A stretch of DNA of 64,000 nucleotides, from assembly GCA_031263535.1 (NCBI GenBank), contig JAISFO010000023.1, positions 16,516 through 80,515 of the forward strand, in the 5' to 3' direction. This document shows positions 38,470 through 47,881 of the stretch, piece by piece; position 1 is the first letter of the stretch; every line of letters starts with the position of its first letter. The position numbers and the translations under genes were made by a program. Under the pieces are notes generated by a model. That model ran no database searches, had not been told where the DNA came from, and was given only the letters and a program-made list of their open reading frames with translations. This DNA comes from Holosporales bacterium (GTDB lineage: Bacteria; Pseudomonadota; Alphaproteobacteria; UBA3830; JAIRWN01).

Positions 38470-39411
38470 GTGGAAGCAGGGTCAAAAAGATCTGTTGTAT
38501 TTATGGGCACTCCGCAGTTTGCCGTAACGACGTTGCAAGCCTTGCTTGGCGTTAGTAAAGTAGTTGGAGTATATTCTCAGCCGCCGGCTTTGGCTGGTCG
38601 CGGAAAAAAATTGACCAAATCTGCTGTACATCAGTGCGCAGATTCCCTCGGTATCGACGTATTTACTCCGCTCAGTCTTAAACAGCCAGATCAATTGGAT
38701 ATCCTCAAACGGCTTAATCCCGATATAATAGTCGTAGCGGCCTATGGCCTTATGCTTCCGCGCGAGGTTTTATCCATTCCCAGGCTAGGCTGCATCAACG
38801 TACATGCGTCTTTATTGCCGCGATGGAGGGGGGCCTCGCCCATACAACAGGCGATTATGGCCGGCGACAAGGCAACTGGCGTTACCATCATGAAAATGTC
38901 CGAAGAGCTAGATGCAGGGGATATAATAATGCAAAAAAGTACCACCATAACGCCGGGTATGACAGCTGGCACGCTAAGTGATGCGCTGTCCAACTTGGGT
39001 GCAGATATGGTTAAGGCATTTATGCAATCGCCTGAAGAATATCTTGGCAAGGCCAAGCCACAAGATCATTTTTCGGCTATTTACACTAGGAAATTGACAA
39101 AATTAGATGGTCAAATTACTTGGGACAAGCCTGCTGAGGCGCTTATTAATAAGATCAGAGGCCTTAATCCTTGGCCTTGCGCTTGGATTTATGTTGACGA
39201 CGTATATGTTAAACTTATCGAAGCCGAAGCGATCAATTGCCCTCCGTCACCAGATGCTTGTCCTCCTGGTACGGTTGTTGACTGTGACTTCACCGTTAAA
39301 TGCAAAGATGGGGCGATAGTTATAAAGGCCCTTTGCCCTAGTGGAGGAAAAAAGATGTCCGGTAACGCTTTCCTCAATGGGCGTCAGCACATAGTTCACA
39401 GCATAATATAA
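38470..39411 (+). CDS. fmt: methionyl-tRNA formyltransferase
   Basis: 313 aa; VVFMGTPQFAV and NVHASLLPRWRGASPIQ. GTG start. Follows def. Confidence 0.92.
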   Translation: MEAGSKRSVVFMGTPQFAVTTLQALLGVSKVVGVYSQPPALAGRGKKLTKSAVHQCADSLGIDVFTPLSLKQPDQLDILKRLNPDIIVVAAYGLMLPREVLSIPRLGCINVHASLLPRWRGASPIQQAIMAGDKATGVTIMKMSEELDAGDIIMQKSTTITPGMTAGTLSDALSNLGADMVKAFMQSPEEYLGKAKPQDHFSAIYTRKLTKLDGQITWDKPAEALINKIRGLNPWPCAWIYVDDVYVKLIEAEAINCPPSPDACPPGTVVDCDFTVKCKDGAIVIKALCPSGGKKMSGNAFLNGRQHIVHSII

Positions 39412-39433
39412 ATACCTGCACCATCACCGAAGA

Positions 39434-40099
39434 CTATTGCATAGGTATTGACGTTTTGGTCACGTGTTCTGGCTTTCCTATCGCTTTAGCAGGCCATTTG
39501 GTTTTTGTTATTGTAATTTCTACTTTTTTAATCTCACGGTCCTCTTTTTTTGACGATTTTTGGCCTGCCTTACGTTTCTTAGATTTCTTCCCTTCCTGCT
39601 CGTCCAGCAGCTGATCATCATCACTAGCAGTATTGCTTTCCTCTTTTTTAGCCGTAGAAATGATTATTTCTGAGCTTGATGTATACCTTCTGATTGGTAA
39701 AAACTCATCTGGGATGGGCTGATCTATTGAAGATATTTCGTCGGACAGATCGTTTTTTATAATATTAGGAAGGTGATCTGGGATTTCTATGGGGCTGTAG
39801 TAATTTGTATCTTTTATGCTTGAATACTGCCTGCGAGAAGATTGCCTTGATATACCGCCATCATATTGTAGTTTTGAACTGCTTTGTGGCTTTAATATAT
39901 TTGAGAAATTTGAAAGATCCGCAATTTGCTGCTTAGGCGCCGCAGTCCGCTCGGCAATATCTGGGATAAAAGTACGCTGTTGCATGACGCTGCTTCCATG
40001 ATAACTGTCTTCCGCAGAATATCTTAATGTTGCATTGAGTTTGGTAACGATTACCAAGCACATTGCCAGCGATGCCCAATTGACTGTTTTGTCAAACAT
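39434..40099 (-). CDS. hypothetical exported / membrane-anchored low-complexity protein
   Basis: 221 aa with an N-terminal hydrophobic segment WASLAMCLVIVTKL, a Ser/Gln-rich body and a C-terminal basic cluster KKSKKRKAGQKSSKK. Confidence 0.5.
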   Translation of the reverse strand: MFDKTVNWASLAMCLVIVTKLNATLRYSAEDSYHGSSVMQQRTFIPDIAERTAAPKQQIADLSNFSNILKPQSSSKLQYDGGISRQSSRRQYSSIKDTNYYSPIEIPDHLPNIIKNDLSDEISSIDQPIPDEFLPIRRYTSSSEIIISTAKKEESNTASDDDQLLDEQEGKKSKKRKAGQKSSKKEDREIKKVEITITKTKWPAKAIGKPEHVTKTSIPMQ

Positions 40100-40185
40100 A
40101 TCTAATTTTATTCCTTACAGCCTTATACATGATCGACCAAAAATTTTAAGCAATGATTAAATGGCAAAAAACATCGTCATATTAA

Positions 40186-40214
40186 TTGACTCGCTATTAA
40201 GGTGAGGTATAATA
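40186..40214 (+). promoter_or_regulatory. sigma70-like promoter upstream of paralog 2
   Basis: TTGACT (40186-40191), a 17-nt spacer and TATAAT (40209-40214). Confidence 0.5.
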
Positions 40215-40381
40215 ATGTGTTATTTTTGCCACCGTCATTTAGCCTACGCAACTTAGAATTTACCATTATAAAGACAAGAAATATTATATTACTTATCATA
40301 TTTACAAAAAAGTCGATGTTAAAGTCGAAAAATCTAGGGAGATGCATTCTTGATTGCGCTTAGGGTATTACTTTTAATAGC

Positions 40382-41233
40382 TTGCTACTGTCCGGTTGTT
40401 CAAGTCGGGACAAAGATTCTTTTCGTCCACACTTATATCTGGGCGTAACAAGTAATTACGCTGGATCTAAAGCTACTTTAGAACCGTTATATTTCGTGTC
40501 CGACCATCCTGCGGGAGTAGGTGGCGTAGTTGATGCTGGATGGGTCGTAGGTCGTGGCGGCGTGATGGCTGTGGTAGGCGTGCCGGGTGGTGCTTATAAT
40601 GCAAACAGATACGTGTTGTATGATACAGACAAGGATCTGCTGACTAAAAATTCCGGAGTTGGCTTTGGTGCGATTATCGGCCTAGAGATAAAAGTTTTCA
40701 GACTGCGTATGTCTTTAGAAGCCGATTGTTCTATGTTGGATCACAAAGGTAATAAGCAAAAGGATCATTTGTTTGAAAATTGCTCTTTTGGTTTTTCGTA
40801 TAGACTTGGGGTTAGGTTAGGAAACTATTTCACACCTTATGTACTGGCCGGATATGAATTCAATACCCTTAAAGAGCGCGGTGTAAACCCACATTTTAGA
40901 GAGCCGGGTAGATTTGAATTTACTGGCTTAGGAGTGCTGCCACCTCATGGTTTTGTTGATTCTGAAAGGCTGGCTTACAGCTCAGACAAAGGAACAACTA
41001 TGTCGCCTAGAGTGGGATGTGGCTTTGAGATAAGTTTCTTTGAGCGTTTTAGATTCAGATTTGATGTATTTTGGACTTTAAGGGAGAAGGTTTTTAGCAA
41101 ATTTAGGACTTTAAATACTGTACCTGATTTACCTCCTCTGACTACTGGTTTGCATGATTATAGCTGGGAGCAAAATATGGTCCTGCACCACCAAAAATTC
41201 AACACCAGATTCGGCTTAATTATGGATTTGTAG
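40382..41233 (+). CDS. outer-membrane beta-barrel / lipoprotein-like protein, paralog 2 (signal peptide apparently frameshifted)
   Basis: 283-aa ORF beginning MLLSGCSS. Shares DSFRPHLYLGVTSNY, LRMSLEADCS, GNYFTPY, GCGFEISFFERF.FRFD.FWTL and TRFG.IMDL with paralog 1. An SD plus TTG at 40350 encodes MIALRVLLL.. in another frame. Confidence 0.6.
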   Translation: MLLSGCSSRDKDSFRPHLYLGVTSNYAGSKATLEPLYFVSDHPAGVGGVVDAGWVVGRGGVMAVVGVPGGAYNANRYVLYDTDKDLLTKNSGVGFGAIIGLEIKVFRLRMSLEADCSMLDHKGNKQKDHLFENCSFGFSYRLGVRLGNYFTPYVLAGYEFNTLKERGVNPHFREPGRFEFTGLGVLPPHGFVDSERLAYSSDKGTTMSPRVGCGFEISFFERFRFRFDVFWTLREKVFSKFRTLNTVPDLPPLTTGLHDYSWEQNMVLHHQKFNTRFGLIMDL

Positions 41234-41302
41234 GCCGATCTAACTCTACAAAAATTACCCCGTTTTCTGTCAACGTTCCTGCAGGATTGAAATTAGCAAA
41301 GC

Positions 41303-42781
41303 TTACTTAGGCCTGAGCGTTGGGAAGGCGATTACGTCCCTGATCGATAAAGAATTGGTCATTATCATAACAAGGCGGTCGATACCAATCCCCAGGCCGG
41401 CACATGGCGGCATGGCGTACTCTAAGGCAGTGATAAAATCCTCGTCCATACAATGAGCCTCGCCGTCGCCGGCTTCGCGTGCCTTAAGCTGCTCAGAGAA
41501 GCGGGCATGCTGGTCAACCGGATCGTTGAGCTCGGAAAAGCCGTTTGCTATCTCCCAGCCGTTTATATAAGTCTCAAACCGCTCGGTTAGCCTTGGGTCG
41601 AGCCGGTGAATCTTGGACAAGGGGGAAATCTCTCGCGGAAAATCCGTCACATGAGTCGGCTGGATAAGCAGATGTTCCACCTTTTCCTCAAATACAGCCT
41701 CTATCACCTTTCCCCAGCCAAAGCTGTCATCGACGACAACACCGATATTTTTTGCACAAGATCTGGCCTCTTCATCGCTGGATACTTGAAGAAAGTCGAT
41801 ACCGGTTTGTTCCTTAATCAGTTCCGTCATAGACTGCCTTTTCCAAGGAGCAGATAAATCTAAAGCTTTGCCGTCGTATTCGATCGACAGCTGCCCGTGC
41901 AGAGCTTGGGCCACAGACGTTGCGACGGCCTCTGTAATGTTTATGACTGTATTATAGTCAGCATAGGCTTGGTATATCTCAATGGTTGTAAATTCTGGAT
42001 TATGACGAGTGGAAATACCTTCGTTCCTAAAACAACGGTTTATCTCAAACACTCGCTCGCTAAGTCCGCCGACGATAAGTCTTTTTAGGTACAGTTCAGG
42101 CGCAATACGCAAGTAAAGATCCATATCCAGCGCGTTATGATGAGTTACAAACGGCTTCGCAATAGCCCCTCCGGCGATAGGGTGCAGCATCGGGGTTTCG
42201 GCCTCCATGAAACCGTCTTCTACCAGAACTTTCCTGATCGTATCTATAGCCAAACAGCGCTTAGTAAACACATCTCGCGAGCCTTTATTAACGATTAGGT
42301 CTAAATAACGCTGTCTGTATTTGAGTTCGCGGTCAGCAAGGCCGTGATACTTCTCTGGCAATGGAAGCAAACATTTTGACAACAGCTGTACATCAGTGGC
42401 ATCGACAGTTATTTCCCCTCTAGGGGTACGTCTGACATTGCCAGCAACACCTATAATATCCCCAAGGTCAAGGGACTGAATCAATTCAAGCTTATCTTCA
42501 GCTAGCAGCTTTTTATGACAGAAGATCTGAACTTTGCCTTTCGGATCATGTAAATCAACAAACATGCCGTCATTACGAACAGACATGACCCTTCCGGCGA
42601 TCGACGCTTGCTTTCCGCTTTCCTGGCCTTCATTAAGATAATCAAACTCCGTTTGTATCTGGTCCGACGAATGCGTCTTAATAAATTCGTAAGGGTAAGG
42701 CTCTATCCCGCGTTTGCGCAGATCATCGACCTTTTGCAGCCTTGCAAGTCTGATTTGTTGATCTTGATTATCTGTAGCCAC
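41303..42781 (-). CDS. lysS: lysine--tRNA ligase, class II
   Basis: 492 aa with an OB-fold N-domain and motif 2 context FRNEGISTRHNPEFTTIE. GTG start. Confidence 0.95.
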   Translation of the reverse strand: MATDNQDQQIRLARLQKVDDLRKRGIEPYPYEFIKTHSSDQIQTEFDYLNEGQESGKQASIAGRVMSVRNDGMFVDLHDPKGKVQIFCHKKLLAEDKLELIQSLDLGDIIGVAGNVRRTPRGEITVDATDVQLLSKCLLPLPEKYHGLADRELKYRQRYLDLIVNKGSRDVFTKRCLAIDTIRKVLVEDGFMEAETPMLHPIAGGAIAKPFVTHHNALDMDLYLRIAPELYLKRLIVGGLSERVFEINRCFRNEGISTRHNPEFTTIEIYQAYADYNTVINITEAVATSVAQALHGQLSIEYDGKALDLSAPWKRQSMTELIKEQTGIDFLQVSSDEEARSCAKNIGVVVDDSFGWGKVIEAVFEEKVEHLLIQPTHVTDFPREISPLSKIHRLDPRLTERFETYINGWEIANGFSELNDPVDQHARFSEQLKAREAGDGEAHCMDEDFITALEYAMPPCAGLGIGIDRLVMIMTNSLSIRDVIAFPTLRPK

Positions 42782-42784
42782 AGC

Positions 42785-43492
42785 TTATCCACGGTGTAAA
42801 ACAGGGTTTTGCAGCATCAGCTCAGCGCGCTGGCGCATCTCGGCCGGAGCATTGGCGTCTTTTGATATCTGCTCAAAAAGCGATTTAGCTTCCTCAAACT
42901 CGCCAGCTTTCATATGCAAAAAGGCCGTAATCTCAAGCGCCGAAAACATAAACGGCCTGTCTACGCTTGTTAAAGGCTTTAGCTTTTTGATAAGCTCTTG
43001 CGGGTTTAAAATATCGAATTTGTACAGCACCGTCGTTAAAGCGGCAAGGTCTCGCCACACGATGCTTTGCTTGGCGTCTTTTTCTATGGCGACTAGCTCA
43101 TCAAGTTCTTGCTCTTGAAGTTCATTGATTTTTCCTGACCGTTCATAAACCTTAAGGCGGAGTCCAGAGTATATAAACTCCGCTAATGTTTTGACATCGC
43201 TTGAAGACTTGCCCGACAGCTCCCTCAGTCCTGTAAAGGCATCCACAATTTTGCCTTGCTCGACTTGCCTCAATACCTGAATCAACTGCTGAGTTGAATC
43301 GATGGCCTTCGCTTCTTTATAGCTTCTCCACGACATATAGCCAATTATGCAGCCTAAAACCAAAACCAAAGCCGCAATGATGTACTTACCGTATTGGTTC
43401 CATATGCGAATTAGCTTATCGCGACGAAGATCTTCGTTAACTTCCTGCTCAAGCTCATTGAATATTTCGCTCACCATACCACCTATGTGCAA
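42785..43492 (-). CDS. membrane-anchored TPR-like protein (YfgM-like)
   Basis: 235 aa with a single N-terminal TM segment (YIIAALVLVLGCIIGYM) and a helical repeat body. Alternative start at 43477. Confidence 0.5.
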   Translation of the reverse strand: MHIGGMVSEIFNELEQEVNEDLRRDKLIRIWNQYGKYIIAALVLVLGCIIGYMSWRSYKEAKAIDSTQQLIQVLRQVEQGKIVDAFTGLRELSGKSSSDVKTLAEFIYSGLRLKVYERSGKINELQEQELDELVAIEKDAKQSIVWRDLAALTTVLYKFDILNPQELIKKLKPLTSVDRPFMFSALEITAFLHMKAGEFEEAKSLFEQISKDANAPAEMRQRAELMLQNPVLHRG

Positions 43493-43636
43493 ATCTGAGT
43501 GTTAAGTCTCAGACTATCATAAACAACGATTGAATGTAATCAAATTTGAAACAAACCCCTAGGCCTACGTTATAAATTAAAGAGGGTGTTTTTAATTTTA
43601 CTTGACTTTTATCGTAATCTGTGTTAGAAATAAACA

Positions 43637-43767
43637 TGTTAGGTAATTCCGGGTTTCCTGGCGATTTGCGGCGCCCGAGTGGGGTCGCATGGGTTCTTGG
43701 CTTGATTTGGCTTTTCAGCAAAATCTGCCAAGGTGTTTTAACAGCTTGCTTAATAGAGGAGTTGATT
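43637..43767 (+). promoter_or_regulatory. ROSE-like RNA thermometer leader of the hsp20 gene
   Basis: Candidate promoter TTGACT (43602-43607), 17 nt, TAGAAA. The leader contains several hairpins (e.g. cuuggc...gccaag). The last stem pairs CAGCUUGCU (43742-43750, bulged G43748) with the SD AGGAGUUG (43757-43764), i.e. the U(U/C)GCU-versus-AGGA hallmark. Confidence 0.4.
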
Positions 43768-44247
43768 ATGTCTAGAATTTCTTTGTTTGATAGTCCGTTG
43801 TTTTTAGGTTTCGATCATTTCGAAAGATTGGTCGATCAATTATCAAAATCTTCAAGTGAGGGGTATCCCCCTTATAACATAGAGCAGATTGGCGATCAGG
43901 GCTTTCGCATAACCCTGGCGGTAGCTGGCTTTAGCTCAGACAGTCTTGAGGTCTCTATGGAAGACAACCAGCTTACGGTCAAAGGCGGTCAGAGCGACGA
44001 TGCGGACAGAGTCTATTTGCATCGCGGAATCGCAACGCGCCAGTTCCAACGCTCGTTTGTTTTGGCAGAGGGGATAGAAGTATCCAGCGCAGACTTTGAT
44101 AATGGTCTGTTGCATATCAATTTAGTACGTCCAAAAATCGCATCGCAAGTTCGCAAAATAGCCATAAAGTCCAATGACGGCAGAGGACTAAAAGCGATTA
44201 CATCGAAAGCTTGCGAAGCATCGGCCAAAGAAGTGTCAGTTAGATAG
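43768..44247 (+). CDS. ibpA: small heat-shock protein (Hsp20 / IbpA family)
   Basis: Alpha-crystallin domain PPYNIEQIGDQGFRITLAVAGFSSDSLEVSMEDNQLTVKG. ATG at 43768 with SD AGGAG. The upstream extension in the ORF track was rejected. Confidence 0.9.
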   Translation: MSRISLFDSPLFLGFDHFERLVDQLSKSSSEGYPPYNIEQIGDQGFRITLAVAGFSSDSLEVSMEDNQLTVKGGQSDDADRVYLHRGIATRQFQRSFVLAEGIEVSSADFDNGLLHINLVRPKIASQVRKIAIKSNDGRGLKAITSKACEASAKEVSVR

Positions 44248-44256
44248 GTGAATGCT

Positions 44257-44469
44257 ATGCTGACGGAAAATCAGGATTGGTTGAGAAAAATCTCAGAGCG
44301 AGAATTTGCGACTTTGGGCGTTAGTGTAGTGGCTTACATAAAGCCAGTCCAAGGCGACAAATTCTCTATATATGCTGCCGATGGATCTAACCTTGGCAGC
44401 AGTAATTCCAAGGATTCGGCCGTACAAGCCGTTTGCTTAAGCGATCTTATTCCGGTGAGCGTACACTAA
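44257..44469 (+). CDS. DUF1150 domain protein
   Basis: About 70 aa (FATLGVSVVAYIKPV...FSIYAADGS) immediately after hsp20, a pairing typical of alphaproteobacteria. A GTG at 44248 is an alternative start. Confidence 0.65.
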   Translation: MLTENQDWLRKISEREFATLGVSVVAYIKPVQGDKFSIYAADGSNLGSSNSKDSAVQAVCLSDLIPVSVH

Positions 44470-44517
44470 TCCTGCTTTTGCGCGCATTATTGCGCTTTGG
44501 CGATTGTCTCGGATGGT

Positions 44518-44544
44518 GGCTGTCTGTGTTTGACACAGACGGCC
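44518..44544 (+). terminator. 11-bp hairpin after DUF1150 gene
   Basis: ggctgtctgtg / cacagacggcc with one G-U pair. The T-run begins only about 14 nt later, so terminator function is uncertain. Confidence 0.35.
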
Positions 44545-44580
44545 AGCATTCAGTAATTTTTTTAATTCCTTAAACTACAT

Positions 44581-44841
44581 ATGAAAAACACTAAACAGCC
44601 TTTAAGGCAAGCTAATAAGCTAAGTGAGCTTGATAAAACGCTTAGCGATCTTCAACAGATATATCAATTGGCCTTTGATAATAATGACTTGGCCTCTGCC
44701 ATTAAAGCGAAAGAGCTTATCGGTAAAATCTGCGGTTTTTTGGACCGAAAGAAAACTGATAAGCCTTTTGATATAAACAAACTCAGCGAGCAAGAGCTTG
44801 AGGAAATCATTTTGCAATTGCGTAATGAACTTGAGGCTTAA
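44581..44841 (+). CDS. hypothetical coiled-coil protein
   Basis: 86-aa ORF with no SD and no recognised domain. Confidence 0.35.
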   Translation: MKNTKQPLRQANKLSELDKTLSDLQQIYQLAFDNNDLASAIKAKELIGKICGFLDRKKTDKPFDINKLSEQELEEIILQLRNELEA

Positions 44842-44972
44842 CTAAGATATAAATTGCTTTAAACAGCTTTGCTGAAAGGAAATTATATGGATGAAGTTTT
44901 TTGCTTTAAGCACTTGTTAAGCGCTGCAGTATTTAATTTTAAGTACCTAGTCTAGAGACGTTTTATAAGCAG

Positions 44973-46331
44973 ATGTATAAAGGCGTTTGGATAAAGACCT
45001 ACGGCTGTCAGATGAATGTATATGATTCGAACAAGATCATATCGCTGCTGATTCGTAACAACTTTCATCAGGTGGACAGCTGCCAGGATAAGGCTTGCGG
45101 CGTTGTGATATTCAATACTTGCCATATACGCGATAAGGCCGATCAAAAGCTGTTTTCTGACATAGGCCGCTTGAAGGAGATCAGGGATAAGCGCCTTAAG
45201 GAAGGCTTACCGTTTGTAACGGTTGTGACCGGCTGTATAGCACAAGGACTTGGCGGTGAGATAGTCCGACGTTCTGGTAATGTTGACATAGTTATGGGCG
45301 TGCAATCTGCGCATAAGCTGCCAGAAGCGATCGAATCAATACAAGTTCAACAAAAAGCTGGCCGTAAATATGCGCCCATAGTAAGTACTGGCTTGCATAA
45401 TGAAGAAAAATTCAAATGCTTCAGCTCAGTTGGTATGAGCCATGTTGGCCCTTGCGCTTTTGTTACAGTGCAAGAGGGGTGTAAGAACTTTTGCTCATAC
45501 TGCGTAGTGCCTAAAACCCGCGGAACAGAGTATTCTCGGCCTCTGGCTGGAATTAAAGAGGAAATAGAGCTGCTTATACAAAATGGCGTACAGGAAATCA
45601 CCTTAGGGGGACAAAACGTTAATGCTTACGATGGCATGGACGCCAACGGCAATAAACTTGACCTTGTAGATTTAATAGAAGAAGTAGCTAAATATCCCGA
45701 AATATCGCGCATTAGGTTTTTATCCTCACATCCTTGCAATATGTCTAAGCGTCTTATTGAAGCTTTTGGTCGTGTGCCGGCCTTGATGCCGGCATTGCAC
45801 CTTCCCATACAGTCAGGATCCGATCGGGTTTTGAAGATGATGAATCGCCACTATGACTGCAGTTCATACACCGACATAATCGCCCAGTTACGTGACGTCT
45901 GCCCGAAAATAGCAATCTCGTCTGACTTTATCGTAGGCTTCCCGAGCGAAACTGACGGAGATTTTGAGGCTACTATCGACTTAGCCAAGCAGATTAAATT
46001 TGCCAAATCCTATTATTTCAAATTCAGTCCGCGTCCCAATACTCCTGCGGAAAGTATGCCTGACCAGGTGCCAGAGAAAGTTAAAGAGCAGCGGCTTGCA
46101 GCGTTGCAAGATCTTTTAGACCGGCAGCAGCAAGATTTTAACAACGAAAGCGTTGGCAGCGTTCAGCCCGTGCTGTTTGAGCGATTTGGCCGTTACGATG
46201 GCCAAGTAATCGGCCGAACGCCATACAATCAGCCCGTTTATATCGACTCTGATGAAGGCCTTATCGGCCACACGCGGCAGGTTCACATAGCAAGTCTAGA
46301 TAAACACAGCCTCAGTGGAACTTTGATATAA
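44973..46331 (+). CDS. miaB: tRNA-2-methylthio-N6-dimethylallyladenosine synthase
   Basis: 452 aa; N-terminal YGCQMNVYDS, radical-SAM CKNFCSYCVVP and a C-terminal TRAM domain. Confidence 0.93.
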   Translation: MYKGVWIKTYGCQMNVYDSNKIISLLIRNNFHQVDSCQDKACGVVIFNTCHIRDKADQKLFSDIGRLKEIRDKRLKEGLPFVTVVTGCIAQGLGGEIVRRSGNVDIVMGVQSAHKLPEAIESIQVQQKAGRKYAPIVSTGLHNEEKFKCFSSVGMSHVGPCAFVTVQEGCKNFCSYCVVPKTRGTEYSRPLAGIKEEIELLIQNGVQEITLGGQNVNAYDGMDANGNKLDLVDLIEEVAKYPEISRIRFLSSHPCNMSKRLIEAFGRVPALMPALHLPIQSGSDRVLKMMNRHYDCSSYTDIIAQLRDVCPKIAISSDFIVGFPSETDGDFEATIDLAKQIKFAKSYYFKFSPRPNTPAESMPDQVPEKVKEQRLAALQDLLDRQQQDFNNESVGSVQPVLFERFGRYDGQVIGRTPYNQPVYIDSDEGLIGHTRQVHIASLDKHSLSGTLI

Positions 46332-46367
46332 GTTCTGATAATATGCTTAACATAGTTTTATTGTCGT

Positions 46368-46880
46368 ATGCCGGAAGACAGTTCTGAATGTATCGAATTT
46401 AAGGCCGAAAGCTTGGAAGTTTCGGTCAGATCTGTTTCCCCTCAGTGGAACACTAAAGAGGTGTCCGACCTTCTACGTAAAGCGATCTCGCTTGCAGTGC
46501 GCCATCTTGGTTTGGACGGCTTTGAGAATAGGTTTCTGGATTTCCTGCTGGCAGACGATGATATCATAAGACAGCTTAATAAGACCTACCGCAGCCAAGA
46601 CAAGCCAACTAACGTTCTGTCTTTTCAAAATCATAACTTTAAGGGTGTTCCAAAGGGATTAGGCAGCGTAGCCTTGTCGATAGATACAATAAAAAAAGAA
46701 GCCCAAGAGCAGGCAAAATCTCTAAGCGATCATACGGCACATCTGGCCATACACGGCCTGTTGCATTTGCTTGGCTATGACCACAATACAGAAGACGACG
46801 CAAATTTGATGGAAAGCAAAGAGGTCGAGATCCTCGGCGATTTGGCAATCGCGAATCCGTATAAGCTTAAGGGGCGATAG
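46368..46880 (+). CDS. ybeY: rRNA maturation endoribonuclease YbeY
   Basis: Zinc motif HGLLHLLGYDH. Confidence 0.9.
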   Translation: MPEDSSECIEFKAESLEVSVRSVSPQWNTKEVSDLLRKAISLAVRHLGLDGFENRFLDFLLADDDIIRQLNKTYRSQDKPTNVLSFQNHNFKGVPKGLGSVALSIDTIKKEAQEQAKSLSDHTAHLAIHGLLHLLGYDHNTEDDANLMESKEVEILGDLAIANPYKLKGR

Positions 46881-46882
46881 AG

Positions 46883-47728
46883 ATGCAGCCATTGTTCAAT
46901 AAAATCAAAAACATTTTTTCCAAAAGCCACCCCAGCAACAAAGACATCGTCAATGAGGCCTTGGACGATTTTATGGAGGAAACTACCCCGGAAGGCGAAG
47001 AGATTAACCCTAATGAAAAGCTAATGCTCAGCAACGTTCTGTGTTTGCGAGATCTGGCCGCTGAAGACATAATGGTACCCCGGGCGGAAATCGTCGCGGT
47101 CGAGTACGATATAAGCTTTGCAAATTTAGTCAAAACCTTCTCTGGTGCTTCTAAATCGCAAATACCAGTTTATAAGGATAATTTAGATAATATCGTTGGT
47201 GTTGTAAGTATCCGAGATATTCTGCAGTTTTTCTTCAGTCCAAAGAAATTCGATATCGGCACTATTATCCAGGAAGCCGCCTTTATAGCCCCCAGCATTA
47301 AGCTGGATGAGCTTTTGGAACAAATGCGTCTTACAGGAAAGCGTCTTATGCTGGTGGTTGATGAGTTTGGGGGCATAGACGGCCTTGTAACACTTGCGGA
47401 GGTCGTACTTAAGGTGCTTGGAAGTATTCAGCAAAACGATGAAGTGGCTACTGCTCCGGCTTTGGTTCAACAGCAGGACGGGTCGTATCTGATCGATGCA
47501 AGAACGCCCATAGAGGAAGCAGAAAAGGCCTTGTCAACTAAATTTGTAGAGACCTCAGACGACAGCAGGATTCCTGATGTAGAAACTGTTGGCGGCTTGA
47601 TAATTTCAATTGCGAACAGAGTCCCATCTGTTGGGGAGATTTTTAATCATCACTCAGGCATTACTTTTGAGGTCGTTGATTCCGACTTACGGCGAGTTAG
47701 GCGCGTGATTGCCCGGCTTCCAGATTAA
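46883..47728 (+). CDS. CBS-pair / CorC_HlyC domain protein (TlyC/CorC-like)
   Basis: 281 aa with tandem CBS domains plus a C-terminal transporter-associated domain. Follows ybeY, as is usual. Confidence 0.85.
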   Translation: MQPLFNKIKNIFSKSHPSNKDIVNEALDDFMEETTPEGEEINPNEKLMLSNVLCLRDLAAEDIMVPRAEIVAVEYDISFANLVKTFSGASKSQIPVYKDNLDNIVGVVSIRDILQFFFSPKKFDIGTIIQEAAFIAPSIKLDELLEQMRLTGKRLMLVVDEFGGIDGLVTLAEVVLKVLGSIQQNDEVATAPALVQQQDGSYLIDARTPIEEAEKALSTKFVETSDDSRIPDVETVGGLIISIANRVPSVGEIFNHHSGITFEVVDSDLRRVRRVIARLPD

Positions 47729-47881
47729 ACCATAATTTTACCAAGTGGGCCATTTTTGCAACATGTTGTAGGCGCAACGTAACTAACAGTTTACATTATT
47801 GCTTTTTATTATCGTTTAAGTAGCGAATTTAGTGCTAAATTTTGCTTATGTAAGTTTCGTAAGTTAGTTTTTGGAGTTGTT

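Noticed and set aside
40221-40262. 13-codon ORF (MCYFCHRHLAYAT*) right after the predicted promoter of paralog 2, as a possible leader peptide.
   Set aside because: It has no SD, no conservation upstream of paralog 1 and no attenuator-like structure that I could find.
43621-43767. N-terminal extension of the hsp20 ORF from a GTG at 43621.
   Set aside because: The ATG at 43768 has a proper SD and the family N-terminus (MSRISLFD...). The extension overlaps the ROSE-like leader and has no homology.
44581-44841. Phage small-terminase remnant. The segment ASAIKAKELIGKICGFLDRK faintly recalls the ...ALELLGKHLGMF... region of small terminases.
   Set aside because: The resemblance spans about 15 residues from memory only. 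No other phage genes are nearby. This cannot be supported without a profile search.
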